A stretch of 64,000 nt of DNA from an uncultured Chloroflexia bacterium (GTDB taxonomy: Bacteria > Chloroflexota > Limnocylindria > Limnocylindrales > CSP1-4). Below are positions 10,627-20,305 of this stretch, piece after piece. Position 1 is the first letter of the stretch; each line of letters opens with the position of its first letter. Location of the stretch: NCBI GenBank assembly GCA_963720755.1, contig CAVRGP010000002.1, forward strand, positions 1 through 64,000. The letters run 5' to 3'. Below the pieces are notes generated by a model. The model had not been told where the DNA came from. It did not search any database and saw nothing but the letters and a program-made list of their open reading frames with translations. The position numbers and the translations under genes are program-made.

Positions 10627-10780
10627 AGCGATCCGTTGGAGCGTGATCGTTGAAGTGCGGGAATCTTGCCCGGTACTGATGGCGCAAAATCCTCGAGATT
10701 GGTCAGGTAGCCTTCGGACCTCGGCGCAACGAACATATCCGAACACCGAGTGAGTGGAGAGTACCGCCGCGAGGACTCGA

Positions 10781-11584
10781 ATGACTCCGACGATCGCCGT
10801 GATCATGCCGGCCTACAACGAAGCCGACCGCATCGCGCAAACGATAGCCACCGTTGCGCGATACGCCGTGCGAAATCAGCGCATCGGGCCGGTGATCCTC
10901 GCCGACGACGGCTCCGACGACAGCACGATCGAAATCGCGATGCAGGCGGCTGCCAAGGCTGGCCTGTCCATCGAGGTCTTCCCCTATCGACATGAGGGCA
11001 AAGCGCTGACGGTGCGCTCCGCCATGCTGGAGGCGGCTGACCGAGTGTCCGCCGAGTATCTGATGATGCTGGACGCTGACGATGAGATCCCGATCGACCA
11101 ACTCGACCGGGTCAACTGGTCCGGCGACCCACGGACCATCTACATCGCTCGCAGGGTCGGGCAGGTCGAGGGAGCCCGTCGCGATTCCCCGTCGTCCATT
11201 CGATCGATCATGTCGAAGGGGATGCGAATTGCCGCGCATCTGTTGCTCGGTCTGCGTTATGCCGACACTCAGTGCGGTTTCAAGCTGTTTCCTAGGACGA
11301 TCGTGCAACCCCTGTTCGAGCAGCAACGCTCCACCGGGTGGACGTTCGATGCGGAACTTCTGTTCATCGCGGACCGCATCTCCCATCTTCCCATTCGAGA
11401 GATCCCAGTCGTCTGGGTCCCGCGTGGCGTGAGCAACGTGCGACCGTCGGCGGCCATGACAGGCGGCGTGGCCATGCTATCGACCGCGCTGAGGCGAGCT
11501 CGACGCGTATACCGCCCGGTTGGAATGTACGTCGGGATCGACCTCGACGGACGAGCTGCCGTCGCGGAGAAGCACGGCGCATGA
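10781..11584 (+). CDS. GT2 polyprenyl-phosphate glycosyltransferase (ALG5/DPG-synthase-like)
   Basis: MPAYNEA, DDGSDD, LDAD, DTQCGFKLF, FDAELL. Confidence 0.85.
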   Translation: MTPTIAVIMPAYNEADRIAQTIATVARYAVRNQRIGPVILADDGSDDSTIEIAMQAAAKAGLSIEVFPYRHEGKALTVRSAMLEAADRVSAEYLMMLDADDEIPIDQLDRVNWSGDPRTIYIARRVGQVEGARRDSPSSIRSIMSKGMRIAAHLLLGLRYADTQCGFKLFPRTIVQPLFEQQRSTGWTFDAELLFIADRISHLPIREIPVVWVPRGVSNVRPSAAMTGGVAMLSTALRRARRVYRPVGMYVGIDLDGRAAVAEKHGA

Positions 11585-11641
11585 GCTACGTCATGGGTGC
11601 GTTGCCCACCGCATAGGGTCGATCATCCGCGCGCTCACCAC

Positions 11642-12859
11642 TCAGATCCGATAGGCCCAATAGACGCCGATGGCCATCACGATCGTGCCGAACCCGATGA
11701 GGATCCTCCAGCCTGTTCCGACGCGCCCGCGGTTGACAACGGCCAGCCCGCACAGCGCGATGACGAATGGCACCGAATCGAGGAAGTACCGGTAGCCGTA
11801 CTGGAGCCAGCCCCCGCCGTAGTACAGCAAGGTCGGGATGAGCACGGCGGCCGTCGCGCCGAGCAGCCACCAGGAGCGGGGTCTGCGCCAGTCCGCCTGC
11901 GTCGCGAACAGCAGACCCGGACTGGTGACCAGGACGGACATGCCGAGCCCATCCGGCTTGAAGAACGGCGCCGTATCGATGAGCCTCGGCAGGTGGAGCA
12001 GGAAGTAGTCGATGTTCATGCCGATGTGGGCGAGCGCGAACAGGCCCAGGTTCCGTTGCCGCTCGAGGAACGCCGGCAGCGTCGCAAGGCCGTAACCCGA
12101 CTCCCACGGTGACCCGAACCGGAGCTGGTTGTAGGCAAAGAACGCGATGAGCGCCGGCGTGAACCCGATGGCCAGCCAGGTCCACTGGCGCAGCCGTGCC
12201 GACCGAACGACCGATCGGACATACCCGCCGGCCACGTTTGGCGCGGAGATCGACGATCCCCCGTCGAGCAACAGGGCGTAGAACGGAAGCGCGAAGGCAA
12301 GGGGTGCCCGCGTCAGGAATGCCGCCCCGGCGAACAGGCCGATGAGCCAGGCGCGCTGACGCCCGAACAGCTCGATCAGGCAGGTCAAGGTCAGGATCGT
12401 GGCGACGAGGTGGCCTGTGTGCCATACCCCGCCGCGAGTGGTCACCCACAGGATCTGGGTAGAGAAGCCGAACAGGATCGTGAGCCATAGCCGATCGGAT
12501 AGCCGGGTCACGCGGACTCGGCCCAGGAGCACCCAGCACAGTCCCACGCCGCCCGCCGCGAGAAGGGCGTTGATCCCGGACTCGATCTGGTCGGCTGAGG
12601 TCGCCCCGATCAGCGCGACGATCGGCGCCAGCGCCACCGCAGGGAACGGCGCGAACGGCACGTAGAAGTGACCGCCTACGACGATCACATCGTACGGCCC
12701 GGGCTGGAAGGTCAACCACGTCCGGCCATGGAGGAAAGCATCCGCGAGGTAGAAGAAGTCGCCGCGACCCGCGTCGAAGCCACGGTCGGCGAGCCAGTAG
12801 ACGAGCGCCGACACGGCGACGACCGCCAGTCCGATGGCCGTCGAACGGTTCGGTCTCAT
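11642..12859 (-). CDS. GT-C-like multi-TM membrane protein
   Basis: F.YLADAFL.G, YVPFAPFPA, YN..RFGSP...GY, GYRY.LD. Confidence 0.7.
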   Translation of the reverse strand: MRPNRSTAIGLAVVAVSALVYWLADRGFDAGRGDFFYLADAFLHGRTWLTFQPGPYDVIVVGGHFYVPFAPFPAVALAPIVALIGATSADQIESGINALLAAGGVGLCWVLLGRVRVTRLSDRLWLTILFGFSTQILWVTTRGGVWHTGHLVATILTLTCLIELFGRQRAWLIGLFAGAAFLTRAPLAFALPFYALLLDGGSSISAPNVAGGYVRSVVRSARLRQWTWLAIGFTPALIAFFAYNQLRFGSPWESGYGLATLPAFLERQRNLGLFALAHIGMNIDYFLLHLPRLIDTAPFFKPDGLGMSVLVTSPGLLFATQADWRRPRSWWLLGATAAVLIPTLLYYGGGWLQYGYRYFLDSVPFVIALCGLAVVNRGRVGTGWRILIGFGTIVMAIGVYWAYRI

Positions 12860-13695
12860 GTTGAGCGCTGGTCGGGGAACCGAGCGTCAAGGAGACGCCC
12901 CAGGGCCTCCCGTGCGTATGGCAGCACGCCGACAAGCATCGATGAACTGATGATGTAGTACACCGGGAGTGCCAATGTCGATCCGACGACGACCGGCCAG
13001 CGATAGCCTCGCCAGGCGCCGAACACGATAAATGCGATGGCAGGTCCCAGCCGCACCCAGAACGGCAGGTAGTAGGGGGCGACGGAGGGTGCCGGGCTCC
13101 CCGTCAACAGCGCCACGTAGTCGAACCATCGATCCGGATGCAGGCCGAACGAGACCGCCACGATCGCCGCTGTCACCCCGAGGGCGATGGCCAGGTCCCG
13201 CCACCGTCGACGCAGCGCGAACCAAAGCAGACCGATCCCGGGTGTGACCTTGGTGAGCAAGACGAACGCCCACGACGCGGGGAACCGGAAGCCGATGACG
13301 ATCGCCGCTGCGAGCATGATCTGGATATTGCCGGCGTTGATCTCTGATGCCACTGGGACGGTGAACAGGACGAAGATCGTGAACGGTCCAGCCATCCAGA
13401 CGAGGAGGGCCAGCAAGATGGCCCGCCAGATGGCGACGAACGCCTCGAACGGAATCCAGCGCCACCAGCCGACGATGAACTCGAACGCCGGTGAGTAAAG
13501 GTAGGCATTCTCACCTTGACCATTCACGACTGATCCGTAGAGGTCGGCCGGATCCGCCCCCCAGTACGCGCGGACATCTACCGGTTGGCCGCCGGTGGAT
13601 GTCAAGTACCACCAATAGGCGACGGCGACGACGATGCCGAGAACGACCAGCCCATCCCGCACGAGCCGACGCCAGGTGATGGCCCCGTAGCTCAC
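12856..13695 (-). CDS. GT87/DUF2029-like GT-C glycosyltransferase
   Basis: DVRAYW, YLYSPAF, GNIQ, TKVTPGIG. Confidence 0.8.
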   Translation of the reverse strand: MSYGAITWRRLVRDGLVVLGIVVAVAYWWYLTSTGGQPVDVRAYWGADPADLYGSVVNGQGENAYLYSPAFEFIVGWWRWIPFEAFVAIWRAILLALLVWMAGPFTIFVLFTVPVASEINAGNIQIMLAAAIVIGFRFPASWAFVLLTKVTPGIGLLWFALRRRWRDLAIALGVTAAIVAVSFGLHPDRWFDYVALLTGSPAPSVAPYYLPFWVRLGPAIAFIVFGAWRGYRWPVVVGSTLALPVYYIISSSMLVGVLPYAREALGRLLDARFPDQRST

Positions 13696-14786
13696 AGGTG
13701 TGCCATCCCGTCAACGGGTCCATGGTGCCCAGATCGACGACGGATCGACCATTCGGCCAGGGGCGGCCCGATCAGACCGGCTGCGAACACGATCGGATAG
13801 ATGGCCGCCGGCATCAGACCCGCCAGCGGCAGAGCGGTGAGCAGTGGGATCGCGACCGCCCACCAGTGACCTCGGTCTAACAACCAGGCGACTGACACGA
13901 GGAGGACGACGGCGTAGTGGTCCCATAGGAGCGGCGACAGCATCTGGCTCGCGACGACCGTCGTCAGGTAGCTGACCTCGCCCGACGACCAACGGATGGC
14001 GGCCAGCACGATCAGGACGACGGCGACCGTTGAGATCAACTGCAGGGTCCCGGCGATGCTCTCCGAAACACCCGCCTGAAAGGCGATCGCCCCGAGGGTG
14101 AAGTTATGCGGCGTCGTGACCGGTGAGCTCACCCTCTGCAGCAGGGCGAGATAGTCAGCCCAAACCTCAGGTCCGAACGCGATGGTCGCGATGACGGCAG
14201 CGGCAAACATGACAGCGAGCGCCGTCGCGACCGCACGCCAGCGATCGGTCAGGCCCGCCCAGCCGAGGAGGATGAGCGGTTGGACCTTCACGATGGCTCC
14301 GGCAGCCATGCTCAGGCCAAGCGGCATGGCACGATCCAGGCAACGCCAGCCGATGGCAAAGAACAACAAGAGGATCGGCCCGACCTGTCCCAGTTTGAAC
14401 GCGTAAAGCAACGGCCAATCCAGACCGCCGAGGAGTAGGACGGCCCAGCGGACAGATGACCGAACGGGCATGATGGCAACACCTGCCACGAACGACGCGA
14501 TGCCGGCCCCGAGCCAGAGCCACAGCCCGAGCTGGTCCGGCATCAGCGCGAACGGGATCAATGCCAGGGCAAACGGGGGCGGGTAGAGGAAGATTGCATA
14601 CCCACCAGCAACATCCACGGCCGGGTCGTACAGGGGCGCCCCGTCGATGGCTCGATGCGCTGCCCCCACATACGCCTGGTAGTCGTAACCCAATGTCGAG
14701 CCGGCCGTGGCCAACACGGCGAGGGTCGTCAGGATGAAGACGGCGCCAGCAGCCAACGGCAGGGCGCCCCGAAGCGCCATTCTCAC
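13692..14786 (-). CDS. GT87/DUF2029-like GT-C glycosyltransferase
   Basis: DY.AY..AA, FLYPP, LGQV, K.QP, SPLLWDHY. Confidence 0.85.
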   Translation of the reverse strand: MRMALRGALPLAAGAVFILTTLAVLATAGSTLGYDYQAYVGAAHRAIDGAPLYDPAVDVAGGYAIFLYPPPFALALIPFALMPDQLGLWLWLGAGIASFVAGVAIMPVRSSVRWAVLLLGGLDWPLLYAFKLGQVGPILLLFFAIGWRCLDRAMPLGLSMAAGAIVKVQPLILLGWAGLTDRWRAVATALAVMFAAAVIATIAFGPEVWADYLALLQRVSSPVTTPHNFTLGAIAFQAGVSESIAGTLQLISTVAVVLIVLAAIRWSSGEVSYLTTVVASQMLSPLLWDHYAVVLLVSVAWLLDRGHWWAVAIPLLTALPLAGLMPAAIYPIVFAAGLIGPPLAEWSIRRRSGHHGPVDGMAHL

Positions 14787-15589
14787 GCCGACTGTTCGCT
14801 TCGGTGAAGCCGCCGGTGGATGATCGGGATCCTGAACAGATCCCAGGCGACACGCACGGCAAGAGCCGGGCCCGGACGCATCCGCGAGCCGCGTCGGTCG
14901 TACCAGTGGATCGGCACGATGGCGAGCCGGTATCCACGTTTCCGGGCCAGATATACCAACTCCACGTCAAAGACGATGCTGGTGATCCGCTGGCGAGAGA
15001 AGAGATCCTGGGCGGCCCCACGGGTGAACCCCTTGAACCCGCACTGGGTGTCCTTGACCGGTCCGACGACCCACACCGAGGCGAGCAGGTGGAACATCTT
15101 GCCGAGCATCCGTCGATAGCCCGGCTGGCTTGCGCGCATATCTGAGCCATCGGGCTGGATCCGCGAACCAAGGGCGACATCATGATCGCCAAGCGCCTTG
15201 GCGATCAACGGAAGCTGATCGGGCGGCGTAGCCATATCCGCGTCGGCAAAGACCACGAGGTCCGACGCGGACGCCAACATGCCGGCCCTGACGGCCGCTC
15301 CCTTGCCGCCGTGCGGGACGGTCATGACCCGCAACGTCACACCTGGGATGCCGGTGGCCGCCTCCGCTTCCGGACGCTTCGTCACCAAGGCCGCGGTCTC
15401 GTCCGTGCTTCCGTCGTCAACGACGAGGATCTCGATCGCGCCCGGCAGCCCGGCTGATCCAGGCGCCCCCTCGCGAGCATGGTCACCGCGTCGCCGCAGG
15501 TAGCCGAACAACTCATCGAGGGCCGCTCCGATGCGCGCTTCCTCGTTGTAGGCGGGCAGGACGACCGTCAGGGATTCGCCGGGTAGCAT
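14783..15589 (-). CDS. GT2 polyprenyl-phosphate glycosyltransferase (ALG5-like)
   Basis: LPAYNEE, VDDGSTD, GKGAAVR.GM, FADADMATP, DTQCGFKGF, FDVEL. Confidence 0.9.
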   Translation of the reverse strand: MLPGESLTVVLPAYNEEARIGAALDELFGYLRRRGDHAREGAPGSAGLPGAIEILVVDDGSTDETAALVTKRPEAEAATGIPGVTLRVMTVPHGGKGAAVRAGMLASASDLVVFADADMATPPDQLPLIAKALGDHDVALGSRIQPDGSDMRASQPGYRRMLGKMFHLLASVWVVGPVKDTQCGFKGFTRGAAQDLFSRQRITSIVFDVELVYLARKRGYRLAIVPIHWYDRRGSRMRPGPALAVRVAWDLFRIPIIHRRLHRSEQSA

Positions 15590-15599
15590 GCCGGGCAGT

Positions 15600-16493
15600 C
15601 TACCGGCCGGTCGCGTCGGGCCGGGGGTCGCCGTTGGTCGCCTCGCGACCGGACCATTCGGCCACGTCCGGTCCTCCGAACCCCGCGAGCAGTGTCGAAA
15701 GTTGATAGCTCAGGAGCCGCGGCGTCGCAAGGACGGACAGAGCGACCGCGGCCGCCCAGCCCCAGCGGGATGGCGCCACGCGCACGGCCACAAGTCCCAG
15801 GACGACGATCGAGATGACCCACAGGATCGGCGACAACGCGAACAGCGACAGGTTGTTCGCGTCCTTCACCTGCTCATCGGCCAGGAAGCCGAGATAGCTG
15901 ATCGTTGCGGCAGGCTCGAGCACCAACTGAACGAGGAGGATAGCTGCCAGCCAGACGCCCAACCACCCGAGACGACGCCACTCACGTCGCCCGACCCAAT
16001 AGACGGCAACGAGTGCCGGATAGAGCTTGAGGTTGGTGGCCAGGGCCACTGCCCACGGTGCACCGATCGCGAGCAAGTAGGTGACGAGCGCCTGCGCTTG
16101 GCCGATCGCGACCGTCCATGCGATCGCCATGGCCAGCAGACCGGCGGTGATCAACACGGCCCGGCGGAACCCCAGGCGGCCGAACGTCAGGATGGTCGCA
16201 CCGACAACGACCGCCTCCCAGATGACGGCTGCCGGTCCGTATGGCAACAGCGCCAGCGGCCGGAAGACGATCGCAAGCAGGGGTGGATAGTGATAGGAGC
16301 CGGGCACGTTCGTGTCGGCGACCGGCACGTACAGAGGCTGACCCGCGTTCAGGCGGGCGCCGGCATCGTAGTAGGCCCGCACATCGGCGAGTGGATCCGT
16401 CGTGAGATGGATGATGCCAAGCCACACGCCGAGCAGCAGTCCGAGGCCGGCCAGGACGACCAGCAGGGTCTGCCCGACGCGTCCCACGCTCAT
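15600..16493 (-). CDS. GT87/DUF2029-like GT-C glycosyltransferase
   Basis: DVRAYYDAG.RL, YHYPPLL, IGQAQ, NLKLYP; ATGA overlap. Confidence 0.8.
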   Translation of the reverse strand: MSVGRVGQTLLVVLAGLGLLLGVWLGIIHLTTDPLADVRAYYDAGARLNAGQPLYVPVADTNVPGSYHYPPLLAIVFRPLALLPYGPAAVIWEAVVVGATILTFGRLGFRRAVLITAGLLAMAIAWTVAIGQAQALVTYLLAIGAPWAVALATNLKLYPALVAVYWVGRREWRRLGWLGVWLAAILLVQLVLEPAATISYLGFLADEQVKDANNLSLFALSPILWVISIVVLGLVAVRVAPSRWGWAAAVALSVLATPRLLSYQLSTLLAGFGGPDVAEWSGREATNGDPRPDATGR

Positions 16494-17371
16494 CGGTCCC
16501 GCTCCGGGCGACTCGTCGAGGGCCCACCCATCGCCGCGAGAAGCGTCGAGAGCTGGTAGACCAGAAGCCGTGGATTCGCGAATACGGACAGGATGACTGC
16601 CGATGCCCAACCCCAGCGTGTGGGAGCAAGACGGATCGCTAGCACCACCAGGACCACAACGGACCCGGCCCACAGCGCCGGCGAGATGGCGAAGGGAGAT
16701 ATATTCGCGATCTGGCCGACCTGGTCGAGGCCCAGGAAGCTCGCATATGCGATGGTAGCCGCGGGCTCCAGCACGAACTGGAAGGCGAGCAGGGCGAGCA
16801 TCCAGCCAGCGAACATGCCGAGCGCCCGCCATTCGCGGCGTCCGAGCCAGTAGATCGCGACGAGCAGTGGAAACACCTTCAGGTTTGCGGCGAACGCGAC
16901 GGCCCACGGGGCCCCGACGGCCAGGAGGAACGTGACGACGGCCTGTGCCTGACCGATGACGACGGTCCACGCGATGGGGGCGGCCAGCCAGGCGACCACC
17001 AGGAACGTCGGCTCTTGCAGACCCAACCGGCGGATCGTCAGGAGAGTCGCGCCGATGACGACGCCGGCCCAGATCGCGGCCGCAGCCTCGTACGGCAGCA
17101 GAGCGAGCGGCCGAAACATGATCGCCAGCAGCGGCGGATACCGGTAGAACGACGCATCGTCGATGCCGCCGGGCTGCACGTACAAGGGCAGACCGGCGTT
17201 CAGCCGTGCGCCGGCGTCGTAGTAGGCATGGACGTCGCCGAGCGGATCGAGGAACAGATGGACGAGCGCCGCCTCGATGCCGATCATCACCCCGAGCACC
17301 GCGGCCAGGCGGAGGACGAAGCGGACGTTCCGGCGGGTATAGATCGGCCCGTCCGGCGTGGCGGCGTTCAC
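16490..17371 (-). CDS. GT87/DUF2029-like GT-C glycosyltransferase, tandem paralog of 15600..16493
   Basis: DVHAYYDAG.RL, YRYPPLL, IGQAQ, NLKVFP; start GTG 17371 or ATG 17392. Confidence 0.8.
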   Translation of the reverse strand: MNAATPDGPIYTRRNVRFVLRLAAVLGVMIGIEAALVHLFLDPLGDVHAYYDAGARLNAGLPLYVQPGGIDDASFYRYPPLLAIMFRPLALLPYEAAAAIWAGVVIGATLLTIRRLGLQEPTFLVVAWLAAPIAWTVVIGQAQAVVTFLLAVGAPWAVAFAANLKVFPLLVAIYWLGRREWRALGMFAGWMLALLAFQFVLEPAATIAYASFLGLDQVGQIANISPFAISPALWAGSVVVLVVLAIRLAPTRWGWASAVILSVFANPRLLVYQLSTLLAAMGGPSTSRPERDR

Positions 17372-17377
17372 GGGGAC

Positions 17378-17384
17378 TAGTATC
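17378..17384. promoter_or_regulatory. Overlapping divergent -10 elements
   Basis: TAGTAT (+) 7 nt before ATG 17391; GATACT (-) 7 nt before GTG 17371. Confidence 0.5.
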
Positions 17385-17390
17385 ACCGCC

Positions 17391-18500
17391 ATGAACGGCC
17401 CGCGACGCCTGCTCGTCGCCGGACTGCTCGTCCTGCTCGTCCTGCTCATCGTCAAGGCGCAGATCTGGACGATCTGGCTCGGAGCGCGCCCCGGCGTCGA
17501 CCTTCAGATCCCTCTTCTCGCCACCGAGCGCTGGATGGCCGGCGGCGAGCCCTACCAGGCATCTGCATTCCTCGCCGGACCCGGGGCCACCCAGCCGTTC
17601 CTCTATCCGCCGTTCGTGCTGCCGTTCCTGTCCGTCTTGACCGGTCTACCCCGCACGGCCGTGCTCTGGGGCTGGATCGGGATCCTGTTCGTGGCCGCGC
17701 TGTACACGGTCAGGCGGCTTCGAGTCCCGTGGCTGTGGGTGCCGCTCGTCCTCGCCTGGCCGCCCTTTACGGAGGGGATCCTCGACGGGAACTTCGCGAT
17801 GGTGATGTTCCTGGCCTTCGTGGTGCTGTTCTATCAGGAGGCCGGATCCCCGTGGCGGCCGGCGCCGCGCGACGTCTCACGACCGGAGGAATCCGCGGTC
17901 AAGGTCGGACTCCTCGCGACGGTCATCAGCGCAGTCAAGGTGTCGCAGCCTCATGCGTGGCTGTTCGTCCTCCACTATCGCTGGCGCGCCGCGGTGATCG
18001 GGGCGGTCGCTATGGCCGTGCTCGTACTGGCGACGCTGCCGATCACCGGCATCGACCTCTGGTTCGATTGGTTCGCCCAGCTCCGCCGCGCGAGCGACGT
18101 GACCTGGGACCTTGGCGGGTTCGCGCTCCCGCGATTCCTGCCGGCGCCGTGGCTCGGGCTCCTGGTCGCAGTGTGGTGCGTCGTGGCCGTCTGGTTCGTC
18201 CCGCGCCGCGATGGCGGTCCTTGGGTTGGCCTCCTGTCGACCTTTGGCAGTCTGTCACTCCACATCTTCGGCATGCTGTTCCTCGTGCCCGCGATGCTCA
18301 GGATCCGCCTCGAGCTGGCGATCATCGCCGCCTGTTTCATCGCGACGTACTCGTATGAGGGGTGCTGGGCGGGAATCGTCGTGGTGACCCTCGCCTATGC
18401 TGGTTCGGAGTTCGCGCGTGGCGAGCGGGTCCGGGCGTGGTTCGGCGACACGATGTCGGCGTGGCAGGCCGCGACCTCCGGGGCACCAGGAACCAGCTGA
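17391..18500 (+). CDS. GT87-like GT-C glycosyltransferase
   Basis: DLQIP..A..RW..G.EPY, FLYPP, DGNF, KVSQ; multi-TM. Confidence 0.7.
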   Translation: MNGPRRLLVAGLLVLLVLLIVKAQIWTIWLGARPGVDLQIPLLATERWMAGGEPYQASAFLAGPGATQPFLYPPFVLPFLSVLTGLPRTAVLWGWIGILFVAALYTVRRLRVPWLWVPLVLAWPPFTEGILDGNFAMVMFLAFVVLFYQEAGSPWRPAPRDVSRPEESAVKVGLLATVISAVKVSQPHAWLFVLHYRWRAAVIGAVAMAVLVLATLPITGIDLWFDWFAQLRRASDVTWDLGGFALPRFLPAPWLGLLVAVWCVVAVWFVPRRDGGPWVGLLSTFGSLSLHIFGMLFLVPAMLRIRLELAIIAACFIATYSYEGCWAGIVVVTLAYAGSEFARGERVRAWFGDTMSAWQAATSGAPGTS

Positions 18501-18731
18501 GGTCGCTGGTGCGGCGACGCACCAATGGTCATGCGAACGATGGGACTGCCGGGCGACACACTTGAACGACAGTTGCCGCTAGATTGAGTGTCATGCCGTA
18601 CCAAGCGAAGCCATCTGCACCCCGCGTCAGCGGATCTGCGACGAGGTCCTCCGCCGCCGTGCGCCACGATGCCACCGCTCGAGCCGCAAGGCGAGACCCG
18701 CTCGCCATGGCCGTTTGACTTGGAGCAACGC

Positions 18732-19268
18732 ATGCAGCCGGACATGCCCACTCCGTCGAATTGGTACGAGCATCGCCTTCACGGGTTGCGCGCTCACAGG
18801 GCATTCGGTCGACCGATCAGGTTCTACTTTCGCCGCCGCGAACAGGTTCTCTACCTGATGGTGGGCGCCTGGAACACGTTCTTTGGGTATGCGGTGTGGG
18901 CGATGATGCAATACTTGCTTGGCGACTACTTGAACTATCTCGTCATCCTGGTCCTCGCATGGCCGGTCGCAGTGCTGAACGCGTATGTTGGCTACCGCTA
19001 CATCGTCTTCCGTAGCGAGGGCGCGGTGCTGACAGAGTTACCGCGATTCGCGGTTGTCTACGTCGTGGCGCTAGTTGCGAACCTCGTCTTCCTCCCGATC
19101 GCCCTGCAGGTGCTGCCGTTCGAGATCTACGTCGTCCAGGCAATCGTGACGGTCCTGGTGGTCGTCGGCAGCTATCTGGGTCACAAGTACTTCAGCTTTC
19201 GGGGTGACCCGATCGTGGATTCGATCGAGTCCTTCGTCTACGAGCCGCCGGCCGAAGCCGGCGATTGA
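18732..19268 (+). CDS. GtrA family lipid-linked sugar flippase (start uncertain)
   Basis: YLMVGAWNT, four TM segments, SY.GHK.FSF; GGAG before ATG 18732. Confidence 0.8.
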   Translation: MQPDMPTPSNWYEHRLHGLRAHRAFGRPIRFYFRRREQVLYLMVGAWNTFFGYAVWAMMQYLLGDYLNYLVILVLAWPVAVLNAYVGYRYIVFRSEGAVLTELPRFAVVYVVALVANLVFLPIALQVLPFEIYVVQAIVTVLVVVGSYLGHKYFSFRGDPIVDSIESFVYEPPAEAGD

Positions 19269-20305
19269 TCGGTGGACAAGGGTCGAAAGGAACCGACGTG
19301 CCGCTGCTGACCGTCCTCACTCCTTGCTATAACGAAGAAGGCAATGTCCGCGAGGTCTATCTGCAGGTAAAGGCGCAGATGGAGACGCTGCCCGGTTATG
19401 AGTACGACCATCTGTTCATCGACAACGCCTCAACGGATCGAACGGTCTCGGTCCTGCGCGAGCTCGCCGCGATGGACAAGAACGTCAAAGTCATCGTGAA
19501 CGCACGCAACTTCGGCCACATCCGCTCTCCCTTCTATGGGTTTCTGCAGGCCCGCGGGGAGGCGGTGATGAGCTGTGTCGCCGACCTGCAGGACCCGCCG
19601 GTGCTTCTTCCCCAGTTCGTCCGGAAGTGGGAGGAAGGCTTCAAGGTCGTGATCGGAGTCAAGGCCGGCACCAAGGACTCCTGGCTCATGGCCCGGACGC
19701 GGAGGTTCTACTACGGGTTGGTTGGCAAGCTGTCATCGGACGTGGAGCTTGTCCACAACTTCACCGGATTCGGCCTCTACGATCGCGAAGTCATCGAGCA
19801 ATTTCGTGGCACAGGCGAGCAATACCCTTACTTCCGCGGTCTCGTCAGCGACTTCGGGTACGAGCGAGCTGAGATTTCCTACATCCAACCTGGCCGAAAA
19901 AGTGGTATCACCAAGAACAACTTCTTCAGCCTCTACGACATGGCGATGCTGGGAATCACCAACCATTCGAAGGTTCCCCTGCGCCTCGCGACGATGGGTG
20001 GGTTCGCCATTTCGGTGATCAGCCTCCTCGTCGCGGTCGGGTACCTCGTTGCGAAGCTGATGTTCTGGGACCAACTCCAGCTGGGCCTAGCACCGCTCTT
20101 GATCGGCATCTACTTCTTTGGTGCCGTTCAGCTGTTCTTCATCGGAGTCCTCGGCGAGTACATCGGCGCGATCCACACCCAGGTCCACAAGCGGCCACTG
20201 GTTGTCGAGAGGGAGCGGATCAATTTTGCCGAGCGCGCAAGCTCCTCGCAGCCTGGAGCGCTTCTGGAAGATCCGCGAGAGCCCGCCGCGCCTCCGTCTC
20301 GCTGA
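19265..20305 (+). CDS. GtrB/ArnC-like GT2 undecaprenyl-phosphate glycosyltransferase with two C-terminal TM helices
   Basis: PCYNEE, RNFG, ADLQDPP, S.VPLR, GEYIG.I......RP. Confidence 0.9.
   Translation: MIGGQGSKGTDVPLLTVLTPCYNEEGNVREVYLQVKAQMETLPGYEYDHLFIDNASTDRTVSVLRELAAMDKNVKVIVNARNFGHIRSPFYGFLQARGEAVMSCVADLQDPPVLLPQFVRKWEEGFKVVIGVKAGTKDSWLMARTRRFYYGLVGKLSSDVELVHNFTGFGLYDREVIEQFRGTGEQYPYFRGLVSDFGYERAEISYIQPGRKSGITKNNFFSLYDMAMLGITNHSKVPLRLATMGGFAISVISLLVAVGYLVAKLMFWDQLQLGLAPLLIGIYFFGAVQLFFIGVLGEYIGAIHTQVHKRPLVVERERINFAERASSSQPGALLEDPREPAAPPSR

Noticed and set aside
20220-20305. 86-bp convergent overlap between the gtrB-like and DHQS-like genes
   Set aside because: Both tails look non-conserved and the local frame is uncertain given the indel rate.
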